Assembly: GCA_964016885.1 (NCBI GenBank)
Contig: CAXHJY010000973.1
Coordinates: forward strand, 310,001 to 374,000
Length of the DNA stretch: 64,000 bases
Source: Eledone cirrhosa
Lineage: Eukaryota
Direction of reading: 5' to 3'
The notes under the pieces were generated by a model. The model saw only the letters and a list, made by a program, of their open reading frames with translations. It did not search any database and had not been told where the DNA came from. A program made the translations under genes and the position numbers. This document shows, one piece after another, positions 50,375 to 60,301 of the stretch (within the stretch, counting starts at the first letter, position 1; each line of letters begins with the position of its first letter).

Positions 50375-51910
50375 GATATTATGTGAGGTAAAGACTTTAC
50401 CAATGAAAATACAATAGTATATATAGAGTAATTAAAATGTTATGTGAGATATTATGTGAGGTAAAGCCTTTACTGTGAAAATACAATAGTATATATAGAG
50501 TAATGTAAATGTTACATGAGGTAAAGACTTTACTGTGAAAACACAATAGTATATATAGAGTAATGTAAATGTTATGTGAGATATGTGAGGTAAAGTCTTT
50601 TCTGTGAAAATACAATAGTATATATAGAGTAATGTAAATGTTATGTGAGATATTATGTGAGGTAAAGTCTTTACTGTGAAAATACAATAGTATATATAGA
50701 GTAATGTAAATGTTATGTGAGATATTATGTGAGGTAAAGCCTTTACTGTGAAAATACAATAGTATATATAGAGTAATGTAAATGTTATGTGAAATATTAT
50801 GTGAGGTAAAGCCATTACTATGAAAATACAATAGTATATATTGAGTAATGTAAATGTTATGTGAGAAATTGTGTGAGGTAAAGCCTTTACTGTGAAAATA
50901 CAATAGTATATATAGAGTAATGTAAATGTTATGTGAGATATTATGTGAGGTAAAGCCTTTACTGTGAAAATACAATAGTATATATAGAGTAATGTAAATG
51001 TTATGTGAAATATTATGTGAGGTAAAGCCATTACTATGAAAATACAATAGTATATATTGAGTAATGTAAATGTTATGTGAGAAATTGTGTGAGGTAAAGC
51101 CTTTACTGTGAAAATACAATAGTATATATAGAGTAATGTAAATGTTATGTGAGATATTATGTGAGGTAAAGTCTTTACTGTGAAAATACAATAGTATATA
51201 TAGAGTAATGTAAATGTTATGTGAGATATTATGTGAGGTAAAGCCTTTACTGTGAAAATACAATAGTATATATAGAGTAATGTAAATGTTATGTGAAATA
51301 TTATGTGAGGTAAAGCCATTACTGTGAAAATACAATAGTATATATAGAGTAATGTAAATGTTATGTGAGATAATATGTGAGGTAAAACCTTACTGTGAAA
51401 ATAACAATAGTTTATATAGAGTAATGTAAATGTTATGTGAGGTATTATGTGAGGTAAAGCCTTTACTGTGAAAATACAATAGTATATATAGAGTAATGTA
51501 AATGTTATGTGAGATATGTGAGGTAAAGCCTTACTGTGAAAATACAATAGTATATATAGAGTAATGTAAATGTTATGTGAGATATTATGTGAGGTAAAGC
51601 CTTTACTGTGAAAATACAATAGTATATATAGAGTAATGTAAATGTTATGTGAGATATTATATGAGGTAAAGCCTTTACTGTGAAAATACAATAGTATATA
51701 TAGAGTAATGTAAATGTTATGCGAGATAATATGTGGCGTAAACCCTTTACTGTGAAAATACAACAGTATATATAGAGAAATGTAAATGTTATGTGAGATA
51801 TGTGAGGTAAAGCCTTTTCTGTGAAAATACAATAGTATATATATAGAGTAATGTGAATGTTATGTGAGATATTGTGAGGTAAAGCCTTTACTGTAAAAAT
51901 ACAATAGTAT
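50375..51910. repeat. AT-rich satellite, mainly 72-bp units (left block)
   Basis: Unit GTAAAGCCTTTACTGTGAAAATACAATAGTATATATAGAGTAATGTAAATGTTATGTGAG(ATATTATGTGAG). Confidence 0.97.
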
Positions 51911-53806
51911 ATGAAGGTCACGGAAAAAGTAATAGTGCAACTAATCAGAGAGAGAATCGATCTAGATGAAATGCAGTTCGGGTTTGTGTCAGGCAAAAGT
52001 ACCACAGACGCTCTTTTCATTGTACGACAACTACAGGAGAAGTACCTAGCTAAAAGTAAACCCCTCTACTTAGCCTTTGTCGACTTGGAGAAAGCCTTCG
52101 ACAGAGTCCCCCGTTCCATTATCTGGTGGGCTCTTAGAAAACTAGGTGTTGACGAATGGCTTGTGAGAGCTATACAAGCCATGTATAAAGAAACAGTCAG
52201 CAAGGTTAGAATTAACAACGAATATAGTGAAGAGTTTAGAGAAAAAGTTGGTGTCCATCAGGGCTCTGTTCTTAGCCCCCTACTATTTATTATTGCCCTT
52301 CAGGCTATAACGGAGGAGTTCAAGACCGGCTGCCCATGGGAACTCCTATACGCAGATGATCTAACACTCATAGCTGAATCAATGGCCGAACTTGAGAAGA
52401 AATTCCAAACATGGAAGCACAGCCTAGAATCAAAAGGCCTTAAAATTAACCTGGCTAAGACTAAAGTTCTAGTTTATAGGAAAGAAAATAAGGCGCCGGT
52501 CCCTTCCGGGAAATGGCCATGCTCAGTGTGTAGGAAAGGCGTAGGTAGAAACTCCATTTTATGTCCCAAATGCAAAGTATGGGTGCATAAAAGATGTAGT
52601 GGGATCACAGGTAAGCTAACTAAGAACACAGATTTTACATGTGGCCGGTGCTCTGGTGCAATAAGTAGCAGCAAGTGCCCACAAAATACTAGCTCTTTCA
52701 ATTGCGCAGAGGGTTCTATAGAAATAGTGGACAGCTTCCGTTACCTGGGTGACAAAATCAGCAGTGGGGGAGGGTGCTCTGAAAGTACAGTAGCTAGAGT
52801 CAGAACTGGATGGAAAAAGTTCAGAGAGCTTATACCACTATTAGCCGCTAAAGGGTTCTCCCTAAAAATGAAAGGCAGGTTGTATGATGCCTGCATACGA
52901 ACAGCAATGTTGCATGGCAGTGAGACCTGGGCATTGTGTGCAGAGGATATACGCAGACTAGAGAGGAACGAAGCTTGCATGCTCCACTGGATGTGTAATA
53001 GTAATATACGTGAACGGCAAAGCATAAACGAACTAAGGAAAAAATTAGAAATAAGAGGGATCAGATGTTGTTTACTCGAGAGAAGGCTACGTTGGTATGG
53101 TCACAGGATGCGCATGAAAGACGACAGCTGTATAGCAAAGTGCAGGGCAATAAAGATAGATGGTAGCCACGGAGTAGGCAGACCCAGAAAAACCTGGGAC
53201 GAGCTGATAAATTCCGACCTCACACACTTACACCTCTCCAAGACAATGTCACTGGACCGAGACCTTTGGCGGTACTCAGTAATAGAGAAGACCCGCCTTA
53301 CCTGAAATACAAAGTAAAACCTACTACAGTCAGTAGGCATCTCTAACAAAACACACCCCCGTCCCACCACCCCCCACCCCATCCACACCGCCCCTTTCAA
53401 TGTAAAGTTATGTTGGTGCCACAACATCCAGGCCGAAACAAATGAGATTGTGTAGGTGTCACGACAAAAAACACACAGTCCACGCTGTAATGTGGCCGTG
53501 TAGGCAACACGGTAAAAACCTCCCAGCCCCACACTGTAAATGTGGTTGGTGTTAGGAAGGGTATCCAGCTGTAGAAAACACGCCAGACAGTCCACGCTGT
53601 AATGTGGCCGTGTAGGCAACACGGTAAAAACCTCCCAGACCCACACTGTAAATGTGGTTGGTGTTAGGAAGGGTATCCAGCTGTAGAAAACCCACCAGAC
53701 AGTCCTATGCGAGCAAGACAACCACTCTTGCCTCAAGTGGGAAAACTCCCGTCCAAACCCATGCAAGCGTGGAACATGGACGTTAAACGATGATGATGAT
53801 GATGAT
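51911..53806 (+). mobile_element. 5'-truncated young RTE copy, open 464-aa RT/C-terminal frame, 3' UTR with 112-bp duplication, (GAT)n tail
   Basis: ORF 51911-53305 with DLEKAFDRVP, GVHQGSVLSP, YADD, C4HC3 finger and FRYLG. Confidence 0.97.
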
Positions 53807-53872
53807 ATATAGAGTAATGTAAATGTTGTGTGAGATTATGTGAGGTAAAGCCTTTACTGTGAAAACAATAGT

Positions 53873-56800
53873 ATCATCATCAACGTTTAACGTCCGTGTT
53901 CCATGCTTGCATGGGTTTGGACGGGGGTTTTCCCACTTGAGGCAAGAGTGGTTGTCTTGCTCGCATAGGACTGTCTGGCATGTTTTCTACAGTTGGATGC
54001 CCTTCCTAACACCAACCACATTTACAGTGTGGGACTGGGAGGTTTTTACCGTGTTGCCTACACGGCCACATTACAGCATGGACTGTGTGTTTTTTTTGTC
54101 GTGACACCTACACGATCTCATTTGTTTCGGCCTGGATGGTGTGGCACCAACATAACTTTACATAGAAGGGGGCGGTGGGGATGGGGTGGGGGTGGTGGGA
54201 CGGGGGTGTATTTTGTTAGAGATGCCTACTGGCTATAGTAGGTTTTACTATGTATTTAGGTAAGGCGGGTCTTCTCTATTACTGAGTACCGCCAAAGGTC
54301 TCGGTCCAGTGACATTGTTTTGGAGAGGTGTAAGTGTGTGAGGTCGGAGTTTATCAGCTCGTCCCAGGTTTTTCTAGGTCTGCCTATTCCGTGGCTACCG
54401 TCTATCTTTATTGCCCTGCACTTTCTTATACAGCTGTCGTCTTTCATGCGCATCACGTGTCCATACCAACGTAGCCTTCTCTCGAGTAAACAACATCTGA
54501 TCCCTCTTATTTCTAATTTTTTCCTTAGTTCGTTTATGCTTTGGCGTTCACGTATATTACTATTACATATCCAGCGGAGCATGCAAGCTTCGTTCTTCTC
54601 TAGTTTGCGTATATCCTCTGCACACAATGCCCAGGTCTCACTGCCATGCAACATTGCTGTTCGTATGCAGGCATCATACAACCTGCCTTTCATTTTTAGG
54701 GAGAACCCTTTAGCGGCTAATAGTGGTATAAGCTCTCTGAACTTTTTCCATCCAGTTCTGACTCTAGCTACTGTACTTTCAGAGCACCCTCCCACACTGC
54801 TGATTTTGTCACCCAGGTAACGGAAGCTGTCCACTATTTCTATAGAACCGTCCGCGCAATTGAAAGAGCTAGTATTTTGTGAGCACTTGCTGCTACTTAT
54901 TGCACCAGAGCACCGGCCACATGTAAAATCTGTGTTCTTAGTTAGTTTACCTGTGATCCCACTACATCTTTTATGCACCCATACTTTGCATTTCTGACAC
55001 AAAATGGAATTTCTACCTACGCCTTTCCTACACACTGAGCATGGCCACTTCCCGGAAGGGACCGCCGCCTTATTTTCTTTCCTATAAACTAGAACTTTAG
55101 TCTTAGCCAGGTTAATTTTAAGGCCTTTTGATTCTAGGCCGTGCTTCCATGTTTGGAATTTCTTCTCAAGTTCGGCCATTGATTCAGCTATGAGTGTTAG
55201 ATCATCTGCGTATAGGAGTTCCCATGGGTAACCGGTCTTGAACTCCTCCGTTATAGCCTGAAGGGCAATAATAAATAGTAGAGGGCTAAGAACAGAGCCC
55301 TGATGGACACCAACTTTTACTCTAAACTCTTCACTATATTCGTTGTTAATTCTAACCTTGCTGACTGTTTCTTTATACATGGCTTGTATAGCTCTCACAA
55401 GCCATTCGTCAACACCTAGTTTTCTAAGAGCCCACCAGATAATGGAACGGAGGACTCTGTCGAAGGCTTTCTCCAAGTCGACAAAGGCTAAGTATAGGGA
55501 TTTACTTTTAGCTAGGTACTTCTCCTGTAGTTGTCGTACAATGAAAAGAGCGTCTGTGGTACTTTTGCCTGACACAAACCCGAACTGCATTTCATCTAGG
55601 TCAATTCTCTCTCTGATTAGTTGCGCTATTACTTTTTCCGTGACCTTCATGACCTGGTGAATTAATTTAATGCCTCTATAGTTACTCCTATCTTGGGCAT
55701 CTCCTTTACCCTTATAACAGTTAACGATGATGCTGCTACGCCAGTCCTTCGGAACAACCCCATTCTGTACGACTTGGTTAACTATCCGAGTGACCATGGT
55801 GTGTCCCACCGTGCCAGATGCCTTCAGCATCTCAGCAACTATTTCCGAAGGCCCAGCTGCCTTACCCGTCTTCATATCCTTGATTGCCTTACTTATTATA
55901 CTACCCTCGACTAACACTGCTGGTCCCTCTATTGGGTCGATGTGGGGGAGACTGTCTTTCTCCCATTTATTCTCCTCATTTAGTAGCTTTTCATAGTGAC
56001 ACTTCCAAGCTACCTTCTTATCAGCGTCGGTGATGGCAAGTACGCCGTCATCATTAAGTACACACTTCTCCCCGACAATATCACGGTTTTCCTTGACACA
56101 TTGCCTAGCAATCCTGAACACCTCACGTTTTTGGTCTTCGCGTTGTAGAACATGCTTGAACTTTCTTTCCTCTGCTTCCCTTCTTGCGAAGTACACTTGA
56201 TAGTCTTCTCTACTTCCCCCATCCCGCCATACTTTCCAAGCCTGCTTTTTGGCCTTAATTGACCCCTCCACCTTACTGTTCCACCACCATGTTACTCTCC
56301 TCCTGCCTACAGGCCTGCTCCAGCCACAGACTTCGTCTGCCGCCATCAGCAGGTTTGCTTTCAGGAATTCCCACTGCTCCTCTATATTGTACGACTCTAA
56401 TTGCTCTTCCTTACTGTCGAAAGCATCAAGTAGTATGCTTTTAAATTTATTTCTGGCTGTGGGGTCCTTTAGCTTCCATATTTTTCTCCTGAGGATAGTC
56501 CTCTTCAGTTGTCTAGTACGTCTCGTCCTGACTATTAGGTCGCTAATTATCAGTCTATGTTGGGAGGTGCATTCTTCATGGGGGAGGGATTTAGTGTTTA
56601 CAACAGACACTCTGTCACGTCTTCTGGTAAGGATATAATCTACCTGGCTTGTGTGTTCCCCGGATCTATAGGTGATCAGGTGATTGTCACGTTTTTTGAA
56701 GTTAGTGTTACAGATAGTTAGGTTATTTGCGTCACAGAATTCCAGGATTCTGGAGCCTTCCTCATTTCTAGTACCAAACCCATAGCCTCCATGGATTTCG

Positions 56801-58028
56801 TCGTAGCCATCACAATGTTGTCCAACGTGACCATTTAGGTCGCCTGCAATAATTATATAGTCACTGTCGGTTATTTGGGAGGTAGTGAGCATCAGTTTCT
56901 CATAGAATCTGTCTTTTATAGTGCCGGGCAGTTCGGATTGGGGTGCGTACGCAGATATTACTGTCACCGTAGTTCTATTGAGGACAAGTCTTATTTTAAT
57001 TATTCTGTCGTTCACTCTATTTACGTCTATTATCTTATCTGCCCACTTTTCTGCTACCATTAATCCTACTCCACCCAGCCCATCGTCATTTCCCACCCAG
57101 AAAAGCTTATAGCATCGTTTTTTACCCTCAATGAATCTAGCAAACCCACCCTTCCACCTGGTCTCTTGAATACAACAAACATCGACCTCCTTACGTTCGA
57201 GCATTTCTACAACCTCGTTAGAGCGACCCTTTAAGGTGCCTACATTCATGGTACCAACTCTGAAGTTTTGGATTGCGTTTGGAGGGTGGGAGCGGTGGGG
57301 AGCGGGGGGAGATGGGGTTATGTTAGCCATCCACGGCCGAAACAAAGAGGAGTGCTCGCATTCTCGTCCACGAGGTGAATTTGTCTTTATCTTTGGCATT
57401 GTCGCTGCGTCCAGATTTTTCTCTCTTCCACTCCAGAATTCCGTAGTCCATCCATCCATCATATATCGAAAGGCAACCAGGCAAGCGATAGTATAGGCCT
57501 CTGGCTTATGATTGGTCCACGTAATAATAATGGTGGTGCGTGGGGGCGGGAGGGAGGGGTGTTGGGTAGATAGCGAGAAGTTAAGGATTGAATGAGGTCC
57601 TCATATTTAACAAGCGATAACAAAAATACAAGATTTGTTTTGTTTAATACGACAAAAACCCTCGTATTTAACAAGCAATAACAAAAAATACAGATTTGTT
57701 TTGGGAAATACGACAAACTACATTAGGATTTGGCAAGACTGGAGGGTTGGACTGGATACGAATGGAGTGTGGAAATGGTAGAAAAATGTGTACATTACGT
57801 TACATGATATACCGTGAAGAAAGCAACGATGAATTTGGCGAATGTGATTTACTTGAAGGGTTTATCTTATATATATATAGAGAGGGAGAGAGAGAGAGAG
57901 AGAGATGGGGGGGGGGGATAGGTTTGGCCGCATGATGTAGATATTGGGGTGGCTGACCGCGAACCCTCATGAAGTAGAGGGAGGGGGCGAAGATAGTAGG
58001 AGCGGGAGTTTAGAGTTTTCGAAGTAAC
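53873..58028 (-). mobile_element. Apparently full-length RTE-clade LINE (~4.15 kb) including 5' UTR
   Basis: Single long ORF and (GAT)n tail. Both junctions fall in one satellite unit (AATAGTAT | ATATAGAG). Confidence 0.95.
54256..57462 (-). CDS. RTE ORF: APE endonuclease + reverse transcriptase with embedded PHD-type finger, 1068 aa
   Basis: APE motifs GTMNVGTL, IQETRW, AGDLNGHVG, VDYIL, SQHRL. RT motifs NYRGIKL, QFGF, DLEKAFD, QGSVLSP, YADD (55201-55212), YLG. RTE C-terminal RLRWYGHV and GRPRKTW. Confidence 0.97.
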   Translation of the reverse strand: MMDGWTTEFWSGREKNLDAATMPKIKTNSPRGRECEHSSLFRPWMANITPSPPAPHRSHPPNAIQNFRVGTMNVGTLKGRSNEVVEMLERKEVDVCCIQETRWKGGFARFIEGKKRCYKLFWVGNDDGLGGVGLMVAEKWADKIIDVNRVNDRIIKIRLVLNRTTVTVISAYAPQSELPGTIKDRFYEKLMLTTSQITDSDYIIIAGDLNGHVGQHCDGYDEIHGGYGFGTRNEEGSRILEFCDANNLTICNTNFKKRDNHLITYRSGEHTSQVDYILTRRRDRVSVVNTKSLPHEECTSQHRLIISDLIVRTRRTRQLKRTILRRKIWKLKDPTARNKFKSILLDAFDSKEEQLESYNIEEQWEFLKANLLMAADEVCGWSRPVGRRRVTWWWNSKVEGSIKAKKQAWKVWRDGGSREDYQVYFARREAEERKFKHVLQREDQKREVFRIARQCVKENRDIVGEKCVLNDDGVLAITDADKKVAWKCHYEKLLNEENKWEKDSLPHIDPIEGPAVLVEGSIISKAIKDMKTGKAAGPSEIVAEMLKASGTVGHTMVTRIVNQVVQNGVVPKDWRSSIIVNCYKGKGDAQDRSNYRGIKLIHQVMKVTEKVIAQLIRERIDLDEMQFGFVSGKSTTDALFIVRQLQEKYLAKSKSLYLAFVDLEKAFDRVLRSIIWWALRKLGVDEWLVRAIQAMYKETVSKVRINNEYSEEFRVKVGVHQGSVLSPLLFIIALQAITEEFKTGYPWELLYADDLTLIAESMAELEKKFQTWKHGLESKGLKINLAKTKVLVYRKENKAAVPSGKWPCSVCRKGVGRNSILCQKCKVWVHKRCSGITGKLTKNTDFTCGRCSGAISSSKCSQNTSSFNCADGSIEIVDSFRYLGDKISSVGGCSESTVARVRTGWKKFRELIPLLAAKGFSLKMKGRLYDACIRTAMLHGSETWALCAEDIRKLEKNEACMLRWICNSNIRERQSINELRKKLEIRGIRCCLLERRLRWYGHVMRMKDDSCIRKCRAIKIDGSHGIGRPRKTWDELINSDLTHLHLSKTMSLDRDLWRYSVIEKTRLT

Positions 58029-59338
58029 ATATAGAGTAATGTAAATGTTATGCGAGATATTATGTGAAGTAAAGCCTTTACTGTGAAAATAGCATAGTAT
58101 ATATAGAGTAATGTAAATGTTATGTGAGATATTATGTGAGGTAAAGCCTTTACTGTGAAAATACAATAGTATATATAGAGTAATGTAAATGTTATGTGAG
58201 ATATTATGTGAGGTAAAGCCTTTACTGTGAAAATACAATAGTATATATAGAGTAATGTAAATGTTATGTGAGATATTATATGTGATAAAGCCTTTTCTGT
58301 GAAAATACAATCGTATATATAGAGTAATGTAAATGTTATGTGAGGTAAAGCCTTTACTGTGAAAATACAATAGTATATATAGAGTAATGTAAATGTTATG
58401 TGAGGTAAAGCCTTTACTGTGAAAATACAATAGTATATATAGAGTAATGTAAATGTTATGTGAGGTAAAGCCTTTACTGTGAAAATACAATAGTATATAT
58501 AGAGTAATGTAAATGTTATATGTGATAAAGCCTTTACTGTGAAAATACAATAGTATATATAGAGTAATGTAAATATTATATGTGATAAAGCCTTTACTGT
58601 GAAAATACAATAGTATATATAGAGTAATGTAAATATTATATGTGATAAAGCCTTTACTGTGAAAATACAATAGTATATATAGAGTAATGTAAATGTTATG
58701 TGAGATATTATGTGAGTTAAAGCCTTTACTGTGAAAATACAATAGTGTATATAGAGTAATGTAAATATTATATGTGATAAAGCCTTTACTGTGAAAATAC
58801 AATAGTATATATAAAGTAATGTAAATATTATATGTGATAAAGCCTTTACTGTGAAAATACAATAGTATATATAGAGTAATGTAAATGTTATGTGAGGTAA
58901 AGCCTTTACTGTGAAAATACAATAGTATATATAGAGTAATGTAAATGTTATGTGAGGTAAAGCCTTTACTGTGAAAATACAATAGTATATATAGAGTAAT
59001 GTAAATGTTATGTGAGGTAAAGCCTTTACTGTGAAAATACAATAGTATATATAGAGTAATGTAAATGTTATGTGAAATATTATGTGAGGTAAAGCCTTTA
59101 CTGTGAAAATACAATAGTATATATATAGTAATGTAAATGTTATGTGAAATATTATGTGAGGTAAAGCCTTTACTATGAAAATACAATAGTATATATAGAG
59201 TAACGTAAATGTTATGTGAGGTAAAGCCTTTACTGTGAAAATACAATAGTATATATAGAGTAATGTAAATGTTATGTGAGGTAAAGCCTTTACTGTGAAA
59301 ATACTATAGTATATATAGAGTAATGTAAATACAATAGT
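58029..59338. repeat. Same AT-rich satellite, mixed 72- and 60-bp units (right block)
   Basis: 72-bp spacing 58141 to 58213. Identical 60-nt lines at 58321-58500 and 58861-59040. Confidence 0.97.
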
Positions 59339-59600
59339 ATCATCATCATCATCGTTTAACGTCCATCTTCCACGCTTGCATGGGTTTGGACAGGAGTTTT
59401 CCCACCTGAGGCAAGATTGGTTGTCCTGCTCCTATAGGACTGTCTGGCGGGTTTTCTACGGCTGGATGCCCTTCCTAACACCAACCACATTTACAGTGTG
59501 GGGCTGGGAGGTTTTTACCGTGTTGCCTACACGGCCACATTACAGCGTGGACTGTCTGGCGTTTTTTCTACAGCTGGATGCCCTTCCTAACACCAACCAC
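59339..59600 (-). mobile_element. Short RTE 3'-UTR insertion
   Basis: (ATC)n-GTTTAACGTCC tail and family 3' UTR, including part of the duplicated module. Confidence 0.93.
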
Positions 59601-59774
59601 GTATATATATAGTAATGTAAATACAATAGTATATATATAGTAATGTAAATACAATAGTACATATATAGTAATGTACATACAATAGTATATATATAGTAAT
59701 GTAAATACAATAGTATATATATAGTAATGTAAATACAATAGTATATATATAGTAATGTAAATATAATAGTATAT
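59601..59774. repeat. 28-bp deletion derivative of the 60-bp satellite (GTAATGTAAATACAATAGTATATATATA), ~6 units
   Basis: GTAATG at 59612, 59640, 59668 and onward. Confidence 0.93.
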
Positions 59775-60133
59775 TATGGGAACTCAAATAGTTGATGGCG
59801 GCACATGGCACAGTGGTTAGAGCATTGGCCTTGCATTCGAAAGGTTGTGAGTTCAATTCTCAGACCGGGTGATGTGTTGTTTCCTTGAGCAAGACACTTT
59901 ATTTCACATTGCTCCAGTTTACTCAGCTGTAGAAATGAGATGATAGGGACTGGGGTCCCTATCATTCCACTGCAAAGTGGTTGTGGAGGTGCCACGGCAA
60001 AAAAGCACCCAGCACTCACTGTAAATAAGGTTGGTGTTAGGAAGGGCATCCAGCTGTAGAAATCAAGCCAGAATCAGTTCCCGTCCCACCCTTGCAAGCT
60101 GGGAAAAAGCGGACGTAAAATGATGATGATGAT
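59775..60133 (+). mobile_element. tRNA-derived SINE with CORE-like middle and RTE-like 3' tail
   Basis: A box TGGCACAGTGG (59806-59816), B box GAGTTCAATTC (59849-59859), CCTTGAGCAAGACACTT. Tail GGTTGGTGTTAGGAAGGGCATCCAGCTGTAGAAA...GGACGTAAAATGATGATGAT is shared with the RTE 3' UTR. Confidence 0.9.
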
Positions 60134-60301
60134 AGTAATGTAAATGTTAAAGGGTTCAAAGGCAGGCCACTTCAAGACAATGTTGTAAATAATATAAAAA
60201 CTGACTACATACATTTTTCCTTTTACAGGCCACCATGAAAGTATGGCAGTGTTTACTATAAACCTTCCTGGTGGCCTCATTAACATCATTAGCTCCTTCT
60301 C

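Larger units (their letters stand above)
50233..60158 (+). mobile_element. MITE with TTAA-CCC ends (piggyBac-like) inflated to ~9.9 kb by internal satellite growth and four nested retro-insertions
   Basis: Left end TTAA|CCCTTTAGTATTTA (50233-50250); right end TAAATGTTAAAGGG|TTCA (60141-60158), 12/14 inverted match. Body matches the short copy at 33350-33563. Confidence 0.75.

Noticed and set aside
57463-58028. HDV-like ribozyme in the RTE 5' UTR (known from some RTE elements)
   Set aside because: I could not fit the nested double pseudoknot by eye. An RNAMotif or Infernal search would be needed.
50397-59246. 312-, 466- and 459-aa YFHSKGFTSHNI repeat ORFs
   Set aside because: Products of 60/72-bp units (multiples of 3) inside a MITE; frames are broken by indels and insertions.
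59797-59870. tRNA gene
   Set aside because: A and B boxes are present but there is no proper acceptor stem, and the sequence continues into a SINE body and RTE tail.
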